From Spirochaetia bacterium (GTDB lineage Bacteria > Spirochaetota > Spirochaetia > SZUA-6 > Fen-1364), in NCBI GenBank assembly GCA_049519415.1, contig JBEKQU010000005.1:37504-101503 (forward strand): DNA of 64,000 nt, in the 5' to 3' direction. The position numbers and the translations under genes are program-made. The notes below the pieces were generated by a model. The model saw only the letters and a program-made list of their open reading frames with translations, made no database searches and had not been told where the DNA came from. Below are positions 49,479-59,556 of the stretch, in pieces. The stretch's first letter is position 1; each line of letters opens with the position of its first letter.

Positions 49479-49808
49479 ACGAGGCCGTTCGGGATACAAA
49501 GTGCTGGAACCTTCGAGATAATGCACGGAAGATCGCGACACGGCATGTCACGCGCGAGTCTTATTGCGCAGGATCAAGACTCGGCAGACGGCGCCAGTGG
49601 CGTAGAATTAGCACGCGCTATTCGATGAGATAGAGCATGTGCGCCGGTGCAGGTTGAACTCGGGGCAGGCAAATGAAGACCAAGTATCAGCCTGACTTCC
49701 CCAGCCGCCTGCGGACACCAGCAATGAGGACTTGGAGCTAATCGCCAACAACCTCAAGCGGCTCATTCCTTAACTCTTCGATGGCAAATAGTGCGCGGGA
49801 AAAGACAC

Positions 49809-49950
49809 GATGATGGAGGGCTTTCCTGCCATCGCGGGGGTCCTTATGATGGTCCTCCTCTGCTTCTATCGCCTCGACCGGTGGTTGTTCCGGAAGATCA
49901 TGGGCGAGTTCGAGGAGCGGAAGAAGCCTTTCGTGGCGGTGACGGAATGA
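49809..49950 (+). CDS. possible small membrane protein (~46 aa)
   Basis: ATG-initiated short ORF with a hydrophobic core (IAGVLMMVLLCFY). Below the ORF-track size cut-off. Confidence 0.2.
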
Positions 49951-49984
49951 TAGTGGAACAGCACTACTGAACGAAGGAGATGCA

Positions 49985-50959
49985 ATGGAAATAGAGATTC
50001 GTCCGGGCCCGAATGGCCTCGAGGGCGGCCAGCCCTGGCCAGCCGTGGCAGCCTTGCTGAAGAACGTGGAGAAGGCGAACTTCCCTACGGTGAAAGCACT
50101 GAAGCTCCTGCCGAGGCGCATGCTGGCGCGCATCATCCGCCCGATGATGGGTTCCGGGAACCGGGATATCGCCCGCGGTGTCCTCGTGACGGAGCGCTTC
50201 CACGTGGCGGGCCCGAATGGCCCAGTGCCTGTCCGCAGCTACCGTCCTGAGGGTCTGGTTTCTGGCCTGCCGGTCTTCGTCTATTACCACGGAGGTGGCT
50301 GGCTCGGTGGAACGGTGGATGTCGTCGAGAACGTCTGCAGGGCGGTGGCTGACTGCGCCCACTGTGTGGCCCTCAACGTCGACTACCGCCTGGCCCCCGA
50401 GCATCCCTTCCCTGCGGGTCTCGAGGACTGCCGGGCAGTGGCCGAATGGGCAGTCGCGCACGCGAAGAAGCTCGGCGGCGATCCCTCGAAAGTCTTCCTT
50501 GCAGGGGACTCTGCGGGGGGCAACCTGGCCACTGTCTGCACCCTGCTCGCGAAGGAGGCGAAGAGGCCGAAGTACAGGGGACAAGTTCTCCTGTATGCCG
50601 CGGTCGACCTTGGCCCCCCTGTCGGCGGACAAGGCGTGTCATGCAGCCCTCTCGGAGACATTGCTCCCAAATGGTACCTGAATGGGGACGAGAGGCTTGT
50701 GGACGACCCGCGGGTATCACCCGCCCGGGCCAAAGACCTTTCGGGTCTCCCTGCGGCCCTTGTCATCACCGCCGAGTTCTGCTTCGTCAGGGATCAGGGC
50801 GAGACCTACGCAAAGAAGCTTGCCGCGGCGGGTGTGCCCGTCAAGGCCATACGCTACAACGGGATGTGCCACGGCTTCCTCGACAATGTCGGCCTCTGGC
50901 CCGAGACCGACGCCATCATCGAGGACGTCGCGGCCTGGATCGGGGAGACCTGCAGATAG
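49985..50959 (+). CDS. alpha/beta hydrolase, HSL-family esterase/lipase
   Basis: HGGGW oxyanion motif, GDSAGG nucleophile elbow, and a DPxxD...HGF catalytic His region. Confidence 0.8.
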   Translation: MEIEIRPGPNGLEGGQPWPAVAALLKNVEKANFPTVKALKLLPRRMLARIIRPMMGSGNRDIARGVLVTERFHVAGPNGPVPVRSYRPEGLVSGLPVFVYYHGGGWLGGTVDVVENVCRAVADCAHCVALNVDYRLAPEHPFPAGLEDCRAVAEWAVAHAKKLGGDPSKVFLAGDSAGGNLATVCTLLAKEAKRPKYRGQVLLYAAVDLGPPVGGQGVSCSPLGDIAPKWYLNGDERLVDDPRVSPARAKDLSGLPAALVITAEFCFVRDQGETYAKKLAAAGVPVKAIRYNGMCHGFLDNVGLWPETDAIIEDVAAWIGETCR

Positions 50960-51235
50960 GCGGAACGGCTCACGGGTGTTGAGGGTCCTCAGGCCCTCCG
51001 CAAGGCCGGCCAGCCACGTCCCTGGGAAGCATCTTCGTCTCCATGAGCTGGATCCCCGCGATCGGCTGCGTTTTCTCCCTCACCCGCATCGCCTTTGTGG
51101 CTTGACGGTTCGAGGTTCCTATCGCATCCGATGGAAAATACTGACTAAATACGACCCCCGCTTCCGACAAAGGCGAATTCTCTTCGCGGCAGCCGACTAT
51201 CTCCAGCCACGCGGTCACGTCCTTTCGGGCGGACC

Positions 51236-51672
51236 TCACGTTTCGGCCCTGACTGCAAGATCGTCCACGATGATAAACTTCGGGCAGAGATCGCTGATAT
51301 CCCTGACGCTTCGCCACAATCCACTGCCCTCGTGCGTGCAGAAGGGCACGACCTTCATTCCTGAAAGATCGTGATTTTCCAGGAACGCGAATACTGCCAT
51401 CGGCATCGTCGCCCACCAGATAGGACAGCCGATAGAGATGACCATGTACGATACAAGGTCCGTGACGTCCTCCGCCAGCCGCGGCCGGACGTTTGCCCTC
51501 AGTTCCGTCCTCGCAACCTCGACCGCGGCATCGTAATCCTGTGGGTACGAGTCTACGGTCTCGATCCGAAAGAGGTCGCCGCCCGTGACAGCACGGATGT
51601 GCTCGGCGATAACCCTGGTGTTGCCGGAATGCGTGAAGTAACCAACGAGTGTGGACTCCTTCGCTATCCGCT
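51236..51672 (-). pseudogene. flavodoxin-family (Flavodoxin_4-like) gene lacking a canonical start codon
   Basis: The in-frame translation (ESTLVGYFTHSGNTRVIAEHI...VVPFCTHEGSGLWRS) is flavodoxin-like. There is no ATG/GTG/TTG between the upstream stop and the internal Met at 51445. Confidence 0.5.
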
Positions 51673-51710
51673 TTGTTTTCCCTCAGTTCCCTTGACGACC
51701 GGGCCACTGT

Positions 51711-52034
51711 TCAACGACCGGTCAGCCCATTCATCTGCGGCCGGCCGTTGTCGTCATAGTTGAAGCCGAACTTGGTGGCGATGACGACCCGGCCTCGGAA
51801 CGGCTGCAGGACTTCGCCCACCAGCTCTTCGTTGACGAATGGGCCATAGAGCTCCGCGGTGTCGAAAAGCGTCACGCCGCGATCCACTGCGGACCAGATC
51901 AGGGAGATCATCTCCTGCTTTTGCGCGGGCTGATCATGGCCCGGGATCAGGCCCATGCAGCCAAGGCATATGGCGCCACTTCCCATACTTCCAAGGTAAA
52001 AACCAGATCTGACATACCACGAGAAAGCAGCCAA
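51711..52034 (-). pseudogene. aldo/keto reductase N-terminal fragment
   Basis: GCMGL...AVDRGVTLFDTAELYGPFVNEELVGEVL...VVIATKFG is an AKR N-terminus that terminates after about 107 aa. Confidence 0.5.
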
Positions 52035-52131
52035 TCAGGAACCTCGGCCACGGCGCACCTCTATTCGGAATCTGCCCACATAGGCCATACTCTCTATTCA
52101 CCTGCGGAAATCCAAACCAAGGATAGGGACT

Positions 52132-53034
52132 ATGAAATCCATCAATAGCGAAGACTTTCTCAACGTCCGCATCTTGGACAACTTCTACCAGACCTCTTCG
52201 TTCTTCCCCATGCCTGTCGTTTTAATCTGCACGATCGCGGAGACGGGTCAAATGAATCTCGGACCGTACTCACTCTGCTTCCCCTACACCGTGGCCGGGG
52301 GGAGCTACCAGATGGTCTTCAACTGCCGTGATAACAGCAACACTGGAATCAATTTGCGCCGTACTGGGTTCTGCACGCTGAACTTCATCCCCGACAATCG
52401 CCGCTACATGCGCAATTGCGTGATGCTGGGCTATCCCGGAGAGACGACGGAGGAGAAGATGCGGAACTCGATTTTCACGCTCCTGCCGTCCCGCCGCACC
52501 CAGGAAGAGCGGACAGTCGGGGTCGTCTACCCCGACGTTGTGGGGCAAGCACTTCAAGTCTTCGAGTGCCATCTGGATTCCTTCGAGATCAAAGAAGAGA
52601 TTCACTCCATGCGCTCCGTTCTCACGATTGACAAGGTGTTGCTCAAGGAACGTTGGCACAGGGTTCTCCTCGAGGGCCGCAAGCCCCGGTGGGCACGACG
52701 GGCAGAGTTCCCTCCGCTGCCCGTGGACTACGGCTTTCGCAACAACGCCCATTTCTGGTTCACGAAGCACAGGCCGCCCTACCGCGAGCCGATCCCGAAG
52801 AGCAAGGCGGTTTCCGTGGATTCGGTGATGTGGGGGATCACCCGCGGAGGCTTCGCAGAGGATTTCGAGTGGAAGCCCGAGGCAGCGGCCAGGCTGGTCA
52901 ACGTGCCTCGTGTCTTCCTGGGCATGGTGCTCAAGGGCATTGCCGAAGAAGCACGGCGGGAAGGGATAACGACAATCACGCCTGAGTTCCTGGATGCGGT
53001 TCGAGACAAACGCTCTCTGGAAAAGGGGCGGTAA
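52132..53034 (+). CDS. flavin reductase-like (FMN-binding) domain protein with C-terminal extension
   Basis: N-terminal FFPMPVVLICT...motif of flavin-reductase-like domain family. The C-terminal roughly 140 aa are uncharacterized. Confidence 0.5.
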   Translation: MKSINSEDFLNVRILDNFYQTSSFFPMPVVLICTIAETGQMNLGPYSLCFPYTVAGGSYQMVFNCRDNSNTGINLRRTGFCTLNFIPDNRRYMRNCVMLGYPGETTEEKMRNSIFTLLPSRRTQEERTVGVVYPDVVGQALQVFECHLDSFEIKEEIHSMRSVLTIDKVLLKERWHRVLLEGRKPRWARRAEFPPLPVDYGFRNNAHFWFTKHRPPYREPIPKSKAVSVDSVMWGITRGGFAEDFEWKPEAAARLVNVPRVFLGMVLKGIAEEARREGITTITPEFLDAVRDKRSLEKGR

Positions 53035-53168
53035 ATCTCACACGTTAATGGCGAAAGCCACAAAGCGCGAAGCGGAAATGCTCCGAGTATCGCCAATAGC
53101 TTTCTCTGATGGGCGAAGAAGCTGCGAGCTGCGGTCGTGAGAGCCTGGTCGAGGGAAAAGTGAGTATC

Positions 53169-54407
53169 TCACTGTTCAAAATGAGTCTCATTTTTCGCAG
53201 CGTCGTCTTTGGGAAGTAGGCAATGGCTGCCTTGTCGAAGTGACCGCTGCCCTGACTTTAAGCGGAAGGATTTGTTGCGCACATCGATCCGCCGGCCACG
53301 CCACATAGCGCTGCCGCGGACCTTCGCCAGCCAAACAGAATGCGCGAAGATCGTATGGAAGAACGCAAGCGGCAGGGGGAAGAAAAGCGCAGTAAGAGGT
53401 CCAAAGCCCCCAATTCTTCGGAACATCCACCAGAGCTGGGCGGCGTACAGCGCATAGAGGCCGATTGCAGCTTTGCCGAACGCCACACGAGCCCCGCCTT
53501 CGGTCAGAGAAACGATTCCCAGGCAGCCGGTGATGACGCTCGTGGTGGCGCCCGTGAGCCACGCGCCCATCAGCGCCCGCGGCAGCGGCGGTGAGTACCC
53601 CGCCCCGGTTGCAATGTTTTTGTTCCAGCCCTCGACCATGCTTCGGATGCCGTCGGGATACATGCGGAAGTGCACAGCGCTCCGGCCGCCGAGGCACGCA
53701 ACGGGCAGGCCACGGTGGCGGGCCACTTCTCCAAGGGCGAAGTCCTCAACCACCTGGTCGCGCACTGTGGCGTGGCCGCCGCAGGAGAAGTAATCGTCCC
53801 GAGCCACGGCGATACAGGGGCCAAAGGTGCCGGCCGCGCGAAGCCGGTCGCCCAGAGGAGTAAAGGCGCCGAGGCTGCCCATCATCACGACATTGCAGAA
53901 AGCGGACAACCGTTCATATGCCCGGGGCACCTCATGGTATGGCTGCACGGACACCAGACCACCCATCTCCGCATGCGCGGCCAGCAGGCGCGCTATGGCT
54001 CCATCCTCCAGACGAACGTCGGCATCCAGGAATACCAGCAGGTCGCCCGTCGCCTCCCGCGCGCCGGTCCAGCAGGCCCAGGTCTTGCCGACCCAGCCCT
54101 CGGGCCTTGCCGGGGCCGAGATGACCCGTGCTCCGAGCCTGCGGGCCAGGGCTGCGGTGCCGTCCGTGGAGTCGTCATCCACCACGAGAATCTCGTCGGC
54201 GCGCCGGCTCTGCCGTGCCAGCGACTCCATCAGCGGAGTGAGACGCCGCTCTTCGTCACGGGCAGGAACGATCACCGAGACTCGGCGCGACTGGCACATG
54301 GTATTGATGCGCACGGCCGGACACCGCGGCACCCGCCAGAGGCAGAATATCCCCGGCAGCCATAACGCGCCGGTGTACGCAAGCAGTGCAATCTCGAGCG
54401 CGGTCAT
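53169..54407 (-). CDS. crtQ: family-2 glycosyltransferase, CrtQ-like (diaponeurosporenoate glycosyltransferase family)
   Basis: VSVIVPARDEE...DDDSTDGT...DAD...SVQPYH matches the CrtQ pattern. C-terminal TM segments. Confidence 0.7.
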   Translation of the reverse strand: MTALEIALLAYTGALWLPGIFCLWRVPRCPAVRINTMCQSRRVSVIVPARDEERRLTPLMESLARQSRRADEILVVDDDSTDGTAALARRLGARVISAPARPEGWVGKTWACWTGAREATGDLLVFLDADVRLEDGAIARLLAAHAEMGGLVSVQPYHEVPRAYERLSAFCNVVMMGSLGAFTPLGDRLRAAGTFGPCIAVARDDYFSCGGHATVRDQVVEDFALGEVARHRGLPVACLGGRSAVHFRMYPDGIRSMVEGWNKNIATGAGYSPPLPRALMGAWLTGATTSVITGCLGIVSLTEGGARVAFGKAAIGLYALYAAQLWWMFRRIGGFGPLTALFFPLPLAFFHTIFAHSVWLAKVRGSAMWRGRRIDVRNKSFRLKSGQRSLRQGSHCLLPKDDAAKNETHFEQ

Positions 54408-55504
54408 CGCGTCCTCTCATAGCGGAATGTCAGCACCGTGAGGAGAAGAAAGCCGCCGAAAAAGGCCGCCAGGGCACCAAGGTCCGTGCTCATTTCAAGC
54501 GGCCCCCGACCGAGCACCATAGAAGAGAAGACAGCGCGAGAAAAGTACAGCACTGGATTGACGACCGCAAGATCGACGAATGGAGGGGGAATGAGCTCCA
54601 CTGGCACGAACAGCCCCGAGGTGAACAGGAACAGCATGGCGAGAATCTGCGCAACCGCGACAGCCGCTTCCACCGTGGACAGCACCCCCGCGAGAAAGAA
54701 ACCTGCCGCGGCAAAGGCCGCAGTGCCCAGAAGGAAGACGGGCAGGAATGATAGGGGCGCGGCGGCGAAGCGCAGGCCAAAAACCAGCGCCCCGGTTGCC
54801 GCGAGCAGTCCGATCTGCACGAGACCGATCACAACGCGCTGCAGCACGAGACCCAGCGTGAAATGCACCCGCCGCAGGGGCGTACAGGCGAAGCGCTTCA
54901 GGAATCCTTGCCGCCGGTATCCGATGATGATCTGAGGAATGGCGAAAAAGCAGTTCAGCATCACCGAAAGGCCGAGGGTTCCGGCAAAGAGAAAGTAGAG
55001 GTACGTGAGCCGACGGCCGCCGACCGCCAGCACCTCCAGACGGTAGTCAAAGAGCGACGGACCAGCGATGAATCGCCGCACAGCCTCCACGCTCGCCTGA
55101 TCAAGGACCGAGGAGAGCACCATGCCGAAAGGCTTGTCCTTTTCCGTAACCAGGACTGTATACGCTCCCTCGCCCGTAGCGCGAGTGACAAATGCGTACA
55201 GCTTGCCCTCGGCGAGCAGCCGGCGGCCCGAGGCTTCGTCCATCCAGGCGATCTGAATGATGGAGCTCGCTTCCAGCGCGTGACGCATGACTCCCGCGGA
55301 GGTCTCGTTGGAGAATTCCAAGGCTTGTTCAATGCCGACGCGGAAGGAGCGGGGACGGAACTCGCTCTCGCCGAACAGAAAACCGAAAAGCACGAACAGG
55401 AACGCCGGAAAAAGCAGCATCCAGAACAGCCCCGCCGGCGAGCGGGCCTCCTCCAGCAGCAGTGACCCCGTCATCTTCCCGACGACCCGCCACCCGCCCG
55501 CCAT
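54404..55504 (-). CDS. ABC-2 family transporter permease
   Basis: N-terminal periplasmic segment followed by 6 TM segments. Directly downstream of an ABC ATPase on the same strand. Confidence 0.7.
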   Translation of the reverse strand: MAGGWRVVGKMTGSLLLEEARSPAGLFWMLLFPAFLFVLFGFLFGESEFRPRSFRVGIEQALEFSNETSAGVMRHALEASSIIQIAWMDEASGRRLLAEGKLYAFVTRATGEGAYTVLVTEKDKPFGMVLSSVLDQASVEAVRRFIAGPSLFDYRLEVLAVGGRRLTYLYFLFAGTLGLSVMLNCFFAIPQIIIGYRRQGFLKRFACTPLRRVHFTLGLVLQRVVIGLVQIGLLAATGALVFGLRFAAAPLSFLPVFLLGTAAFAAAGFFLAGVLSTVEAAVAVAQILAMLFLFTSGLFVPVELIPPPFVDLAVVNPVLYFSRAVFSSMVLGRGPLEMSTDLGALAAFFGGFLLLTVLTFRYERTR

Positions 55505-56451
55505 CAGCGCGCCTCCGTCGCGGGCTCTTCGCTGGGCCACGCGCGACCCGTGCGAAAAAGGTACACGTCTTCGAGGGTCGGTGCGTGCACATCAAGCTCG
55601 CGCACCGATGTGCCGGCAGCCCGGGCAATCTCGAAGATCTGGTGGAGGTCGTCCTCGAACCGGACGCTTGCCACGCGCGCGCTGGCCCCGCTGACCACGG
55701 CGTTCGGAAATGTTGCCGCGATCCTTTCCGTCAAGCCGGGTGGCTCGGCTTCGAAGGTGAAAATGATCAGACCGGCAAGGCCTGAGGCCCCCACCAAGGC
55801 GGCAGGCGAGTCAAGAGCGGCGATCGTTCCCCGGTAGAGGATGGCCACCCGATCGGACAAACGCTCCGCTTCCTCCAGGTAGTGGGTGGTGAGCACCACC
55901 GTCTTGCCCCGGGCGCGCAGGTCCTGAATGATGCCCCACACCTCCCGGCGCACGGCAGGGTCAAGACCCGTGGTCGGCTCGTCGAGGAACACGAGATCGG
56001 GGTCGTTGACGATCGCCAGGGCAACGAGAAGGCGCTTGCGCTGCCCGCCGGACAGTTCGCGCACCAGCGCACGGCGGGGCGGGTCCAGGGATACACGGTC
56101 GAGCGCCTCCCGAGGTTCCAGGCCCCGGGAGTAGAATGATCTGAAGAGGGCAAGCACCTCCATGGGCCTAAGGTTCTGCATTACCTCGGCCTCCTGAAGC
56201 TGCACGCCGATTGATTCGCGCACGCGCAGGTCGCTCGGTCGGCCGCCCAGCACCCGAAAGGTGCCGCCATCGTGCCTCCGGATTCCTTCAAGAATCTCCA
56301 TGATTGTCGTCTTTCCGGACCCATTGGGTCCGACGATCGTGAAGATCTCCCCCCGGGGGACCGTGAAACTCACACCGCGCAGCGCCGGCAGGCCCTTGTA
56401 GGACTTCCGAAGGTCGTGTACCTCAAGGGCGAAGCTGTTCGAGCTATCCAT
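55504..56451 (-). CDS. ABC transporter ATP-binding protein
   Basis: Walker A GPNGSGKTT, ABC signature LSGGQRKR, Walker B LVFLDEPTTGLD and H-loop TTHYLEE. Confidence 0.85.
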   Translation of the reverse strand: MDSSNSFALEVHDLRKSYKGLPALRGVSFTVPRGEIFTIVGPNGSGKTTIMEILEGIRRHDGGTFRVLGGRPSDLRVRESIGVQLQEAEVMQNLRPMEVLALFRSFYSRGLEPREALDRVSLDPPRRALVRELSGGQRKRLLVALAIVNDPDLVFLDEPTTGLDPAVRREVWGIIQDLRARGKTVVLTTHYLEEAERLSDRVAILYRGTIAALDSPAALVGASGLAGLIIFTFEAEPPGLTERIAATFPNAVVSGASARVASVRFEDDLHQIFEIARAAGTSVRELDVHAPTLEDVYLFRTGRAWPSEEPATEAR

Positions 56452-56520
56452 GGCCGGGGAGCATACAATAGAGCGCCGATGGCGTACAGACTTGACCCGG
56501 CGACGGGCCCGGAGTAATTT

Positions 56521-58401
56521 TTGCGAATGCAGCGCGGCGACTATGACGTCATCGTCGTTGGAGCGGGGGTCGGCGGCCTGACTGCGGCGAGCCTGCTTGC
56601 GAAAAGCGGCCTTGCCGTCCTGGTTGTCGACAGGAACTACATGCCCGGCGGCGCCCTCGGCTCCTTTCGGCGCGACGGGATAACTCACGACCTGGGCGCA
56701 GCCATGCTCTTCGGCTTTGGAGAGCACGGGTTCAGCCCGCACCGGTTCCTCATGAACGAGTTGGAGGAGCCGGTGACCGTGATCCGTCACCGTGCCCTGT
56801 ACCGGCTCAACTACGGCGAGGACCCCATTGTGTTCTGGCCGGAGATGGATCGCTACCTCGGCGAGCTTGCCCGGGTCTTTCCAGCCGAACGGGCCGAGCT
56901 GGCCGCTTTCTATCAAGCAATTGCCGAGCTTTTCGAGAACGTCATCCGGGCCGACCCCGTGTACGTGTCTCCCTCGGAGATGCGGCCTCAGGATCTTCGC
57001 GGGCAGTTCTTCTCCCGGCCGCTGCAGCAGCTGGCCACCCTCCGGTTGCTCTCCACCTCTGCGGAGCGCCTTATCCGCCGGCACGTACGTTCCGAGCGGG
57101 CGATCAGGTTCTTCGACAAGCTTACCTCAACCTACTGCTACACCACCATGGCCGAGACGCCGGCAATACTTGCGGCAACGATGTTCGTCGACAATCACGC
57201 CGGCGGCAGCTATTATCCCGTCGGGTCGCCTGCCATCCTGGCGGGCAGGCTCGAGCGCTCAATCGAGCGCCACGGCGGGACCTTCCGCTATGAGACTGAA
57301 GTGACAGGCATACTCTTCGACGACGGCGGCCGGGTCAGGGGCGTATACACCGCAGGCGGAGAGGAAATCACTGCCCCCCAGGTCGTGTATGCGGGGGCGA
57401 TCCATCCACTCTTCCGTAAGCTGCTGCCTGCGGCGCGCGTGAGGGCCCGGGAGCGCGCCCGGATCGAATCGCTGGTCCTGACGCACCCCAGCATCGTGCT
57501 CTACGGTCAAGTGAAAGCGGACGCCGTGCCCAACGGCACCTTTCCTGTGGAGATGTTCGTAGACAACAAGACGACCCTCGATGAGAGCGAGGTCACGCTG
57601 TACCTGTCGTCGCTGGAGGAGCCGAACCTTGCCCCCGAGGGCACATACGTCTTTACGCTTATTGGCCCCTCGTTCTCCAACTGGCCCGCCCCGGGCGACA
57701 CCGCCTACCAGGGTCCGGCCTACCTCGAGCGCAAAGAGGCCGAGGCCCGGCGGATGCTCGCCATTCTCGAGCGTCGTATGCCGGGGTTTTCCAGAGGGAT
57801 CGTGCGCTGGGAGATCGGAACCCCTTCCACTATTGAGCGCTACCTCGGCAAGCCGGGAGGCACAGTGGCTGGGCCCAAGCAGGCAATCGGACAGGAGCTG
57901 CTGCGCCGTCCCCATGCCAGGACCCGGTGGCCGGGGCTGTACCTTGCAGGAGAATCGACGGTGATGGGCACGGGCACGCCGGCGGTGACTGTCTCAGGCA
58001 TCAGCGCTGCCGATGTTGCGCTGCGCGACCGGGGAATGCCGGAATACCGGTGGCGCCCGGGGCAACGCGATTTTGTCACCGTGGTTGAAGGACCGGTGCC
58101 ACGCCTGCCTGCGCCAAAAACGGCACCGGGCACCGCCTCATTCTGCGGGTGGTGCGAGATCGCAACGTGCCGGGCTGCGTGCCCCTCCCGCATCGATATC
58201 CGAGGCGTGCTCCGGCGCATCGAAATGGAGAACTTCGAAGGTGCTCGGCGCAGGCTCGCTGAAACAGGTGGCAGGCCGCTGCCCTGTCCCGGCTGTGCGG
58301 GACACCCATGCGAGCAGGCCTGCCAGCGCACCAGGTGGGCAGGAAATCCGGTTCCCATCGTGGAAAACCTTGTCTGGGCGGACAGGCAGACTCCACCGTG
58401 A
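56521..58401 (+). CDS. phytoene-desaturase-family FAD oxidoreductase (CrtI/CrtN/CrtP-like) with Cys-rich C-terminal extension
   Basis: N-terminal YDVIVVGAGVGGLTAA FAD site and a CrtI-family body. The C-terminal roughly 100 aa carry CxxCx4Cx3CP and CPGCx3PCx3C motifs. Confidence 0.75.
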   Translation: MRMQRGDYDVIVVGAGVGGLTAASLLAKSGLAVLVVDRNYMPGGALGSFRRDGITHDLGAAMLFGFGEHGFSPHRFLMNELEEPVTVIRHRALYRLNYGEDPIVFWPEMDRYLGELARVFPAERAELAAFYQAIAELFENVIRADPVYVSPSEMRPQDLRGQFFSRPLQQLATLRLLSTSAERLIRRHVRSERAIRFFDKLTSTYCYTTMAETPAILAATMFVDNHAGGSYYPVGSPAILAGRLERSIERHGGTFRYETEVTGILFDDGGRVRGVYTAGGEEITAPQVVYAGAIHPLFRKLLPAARVRARERARIESLVLTHPSIVLYGQVKADAVPNGTFPVEMFVDNKTTLDESEVTLYLSSLEEPNLAPEGTYVFTLIGPSFSNWPAPGDTAYQGPAYLERKEAEARRMLAILERRMPGFSRGIVRWEIGTPSTIERYLGKPGGTVAGPKQAIGQELLRRPHARTRWPGLYLAGESTVMGTGTPAVTVSGISAADVALRDRGMPEYRWRPGQRDFVTVVEGPVPRLPAPKTAPGTASFCGWCEIATCRAACPSRIDIRGVLRRIEMENFEGARRRLAETGGRPLPCPGCAGHPCEQACQRTRWAGNPVPIVENLVWADRQTPP

Positions 58402-58883
58402 CCACCGCTCAATTCCCCGTCGGCTGGAACATCCTGCTTAACGCTGGAGCCTGGTTTGTGATACACGTCGGAGCCTCATTCTTCACGAGCCGGCTTCCCC
58501 TGGACTCGTTTGATACAGCGGGCTGGCTCTACCGTACTAGGAGCTGGGAGCTCGGCGGCAGGCTCTATGAACGGGTCTTCTTCATCCGTGGATGGAAATG
58601 GATGCTGCCGGACGGTGCGGCGGCTTTCCGATCAGGGTTTCGCAAACGGCATATGACCGGGCGTTCACCGGAGTACTGTCGGACCTTTGCGAGGGAGACC
58701 TGCCGGGCGGAACTCTCTCACTGGCTCGTATTCATGCTCGTGCCGCTGTTCTTTCTCTGGGATCCATGGTGGGTGGCCTGGCCGATGGTGCCCTACGCAG
58801 TTGCAGTGAACGCTCCCTGCATCATGGCACAGCGATACAATCGGCCACGCCTCGCTGCGCTGGCTGCGCGCGGCGCTATCTGA
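58399..58883 (+). CDS. crtO: glycosyl-4,4'-diaponeurosporenoate acyltransferase
   Basis: Strong match to CrtO conserved blocks: FIRGWKWMLPDG, RAELSHW and QRYNRPRL. GTG start overlapping the upstream stop. Confidence 0.8.
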
Positions 58884-58930
58884 AAAAGAGAGTTACCCTC
58901 CATGTACCGTTGTAAACGGGGGAAGAAGAC

Positions 58931-59458
58931 ATGAAGTCCTGGATTGCATCGGTGGGAATCTTGGCTATGGCCGCTCACGCCATGGGTCAAGGCGACGCGC
59001 TCCCAATTTTCCCGAAATCGTTGGGAAAGAACCTGAATGGCCGCGCACTGTCACTGCCGGACGATTTCGCAGGCCGTGCGAACCTCGTATTCATCGCCTT
59101 CGAGATGCGCCAACAACAGGAAGTCGACACCTGTAAGTCATTCACACAGGGGATGCGTCAGGCCCATGAATGGCTGCACGCCTATGAGCTTCCCACGATC
59201 GGCAGAGGCTACGGCCTCATACGCGGTTTCATCGACGGCGGGATGAGATCCGGCATTCCGGACAGCGAGACCCGGGCGTCCACTATTACCCTCTATCTCG
59301 ACGTCGATGCGTTTGCACGCGCGCTCGGAATCGAATCCACCGGTACCATCACCATCCTGCTGGTGAAATCCTCGGGAGAGATCATGGCCCATGCTTCCGG
59401 ACCCTATTCCAAGACAGCGGCAGCTCCACTGATCTCCGCGCTGGATGCCATGAAATGA
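58931..59458 (+). CDS. secreted hypothetical protein
   Basis: Signal peptide (ILAMAAHAMGQG). No catalytic motif. Confidence 0.45.
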   Translation: MKSWIASVGILAMAAHAMGQGDALPIFPKSLGKNLNGRALSLPDDFAGRANLVFIAFEMRQQQEVDTCKSFTQGMRQAHEWLHAYELPTIGRGYGLIRGFIDGGMRSGIPDSETRASTITLYLDVDAFARALGIESTGTITILLVKSSGEIMAHASGPYSKTAAAPLISALDAMK

Positions 59459-59556
59459 AGCATTGCAGAGGCAGTAATGGATTCATCCGCTCAGCCACCT
59501 TGGCACTTCCACCGGAGCGTCGCCCACTAACGTAGACGTGCAGCCGCCGGTATCTC

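Noticed and set aside
50970-51707. 245-aa minus-strand ORF
   Set aside because: It overlaps the flavodoxin-like frame, which has real homology. Its own translation is Arg/Gly-rich nonsense.
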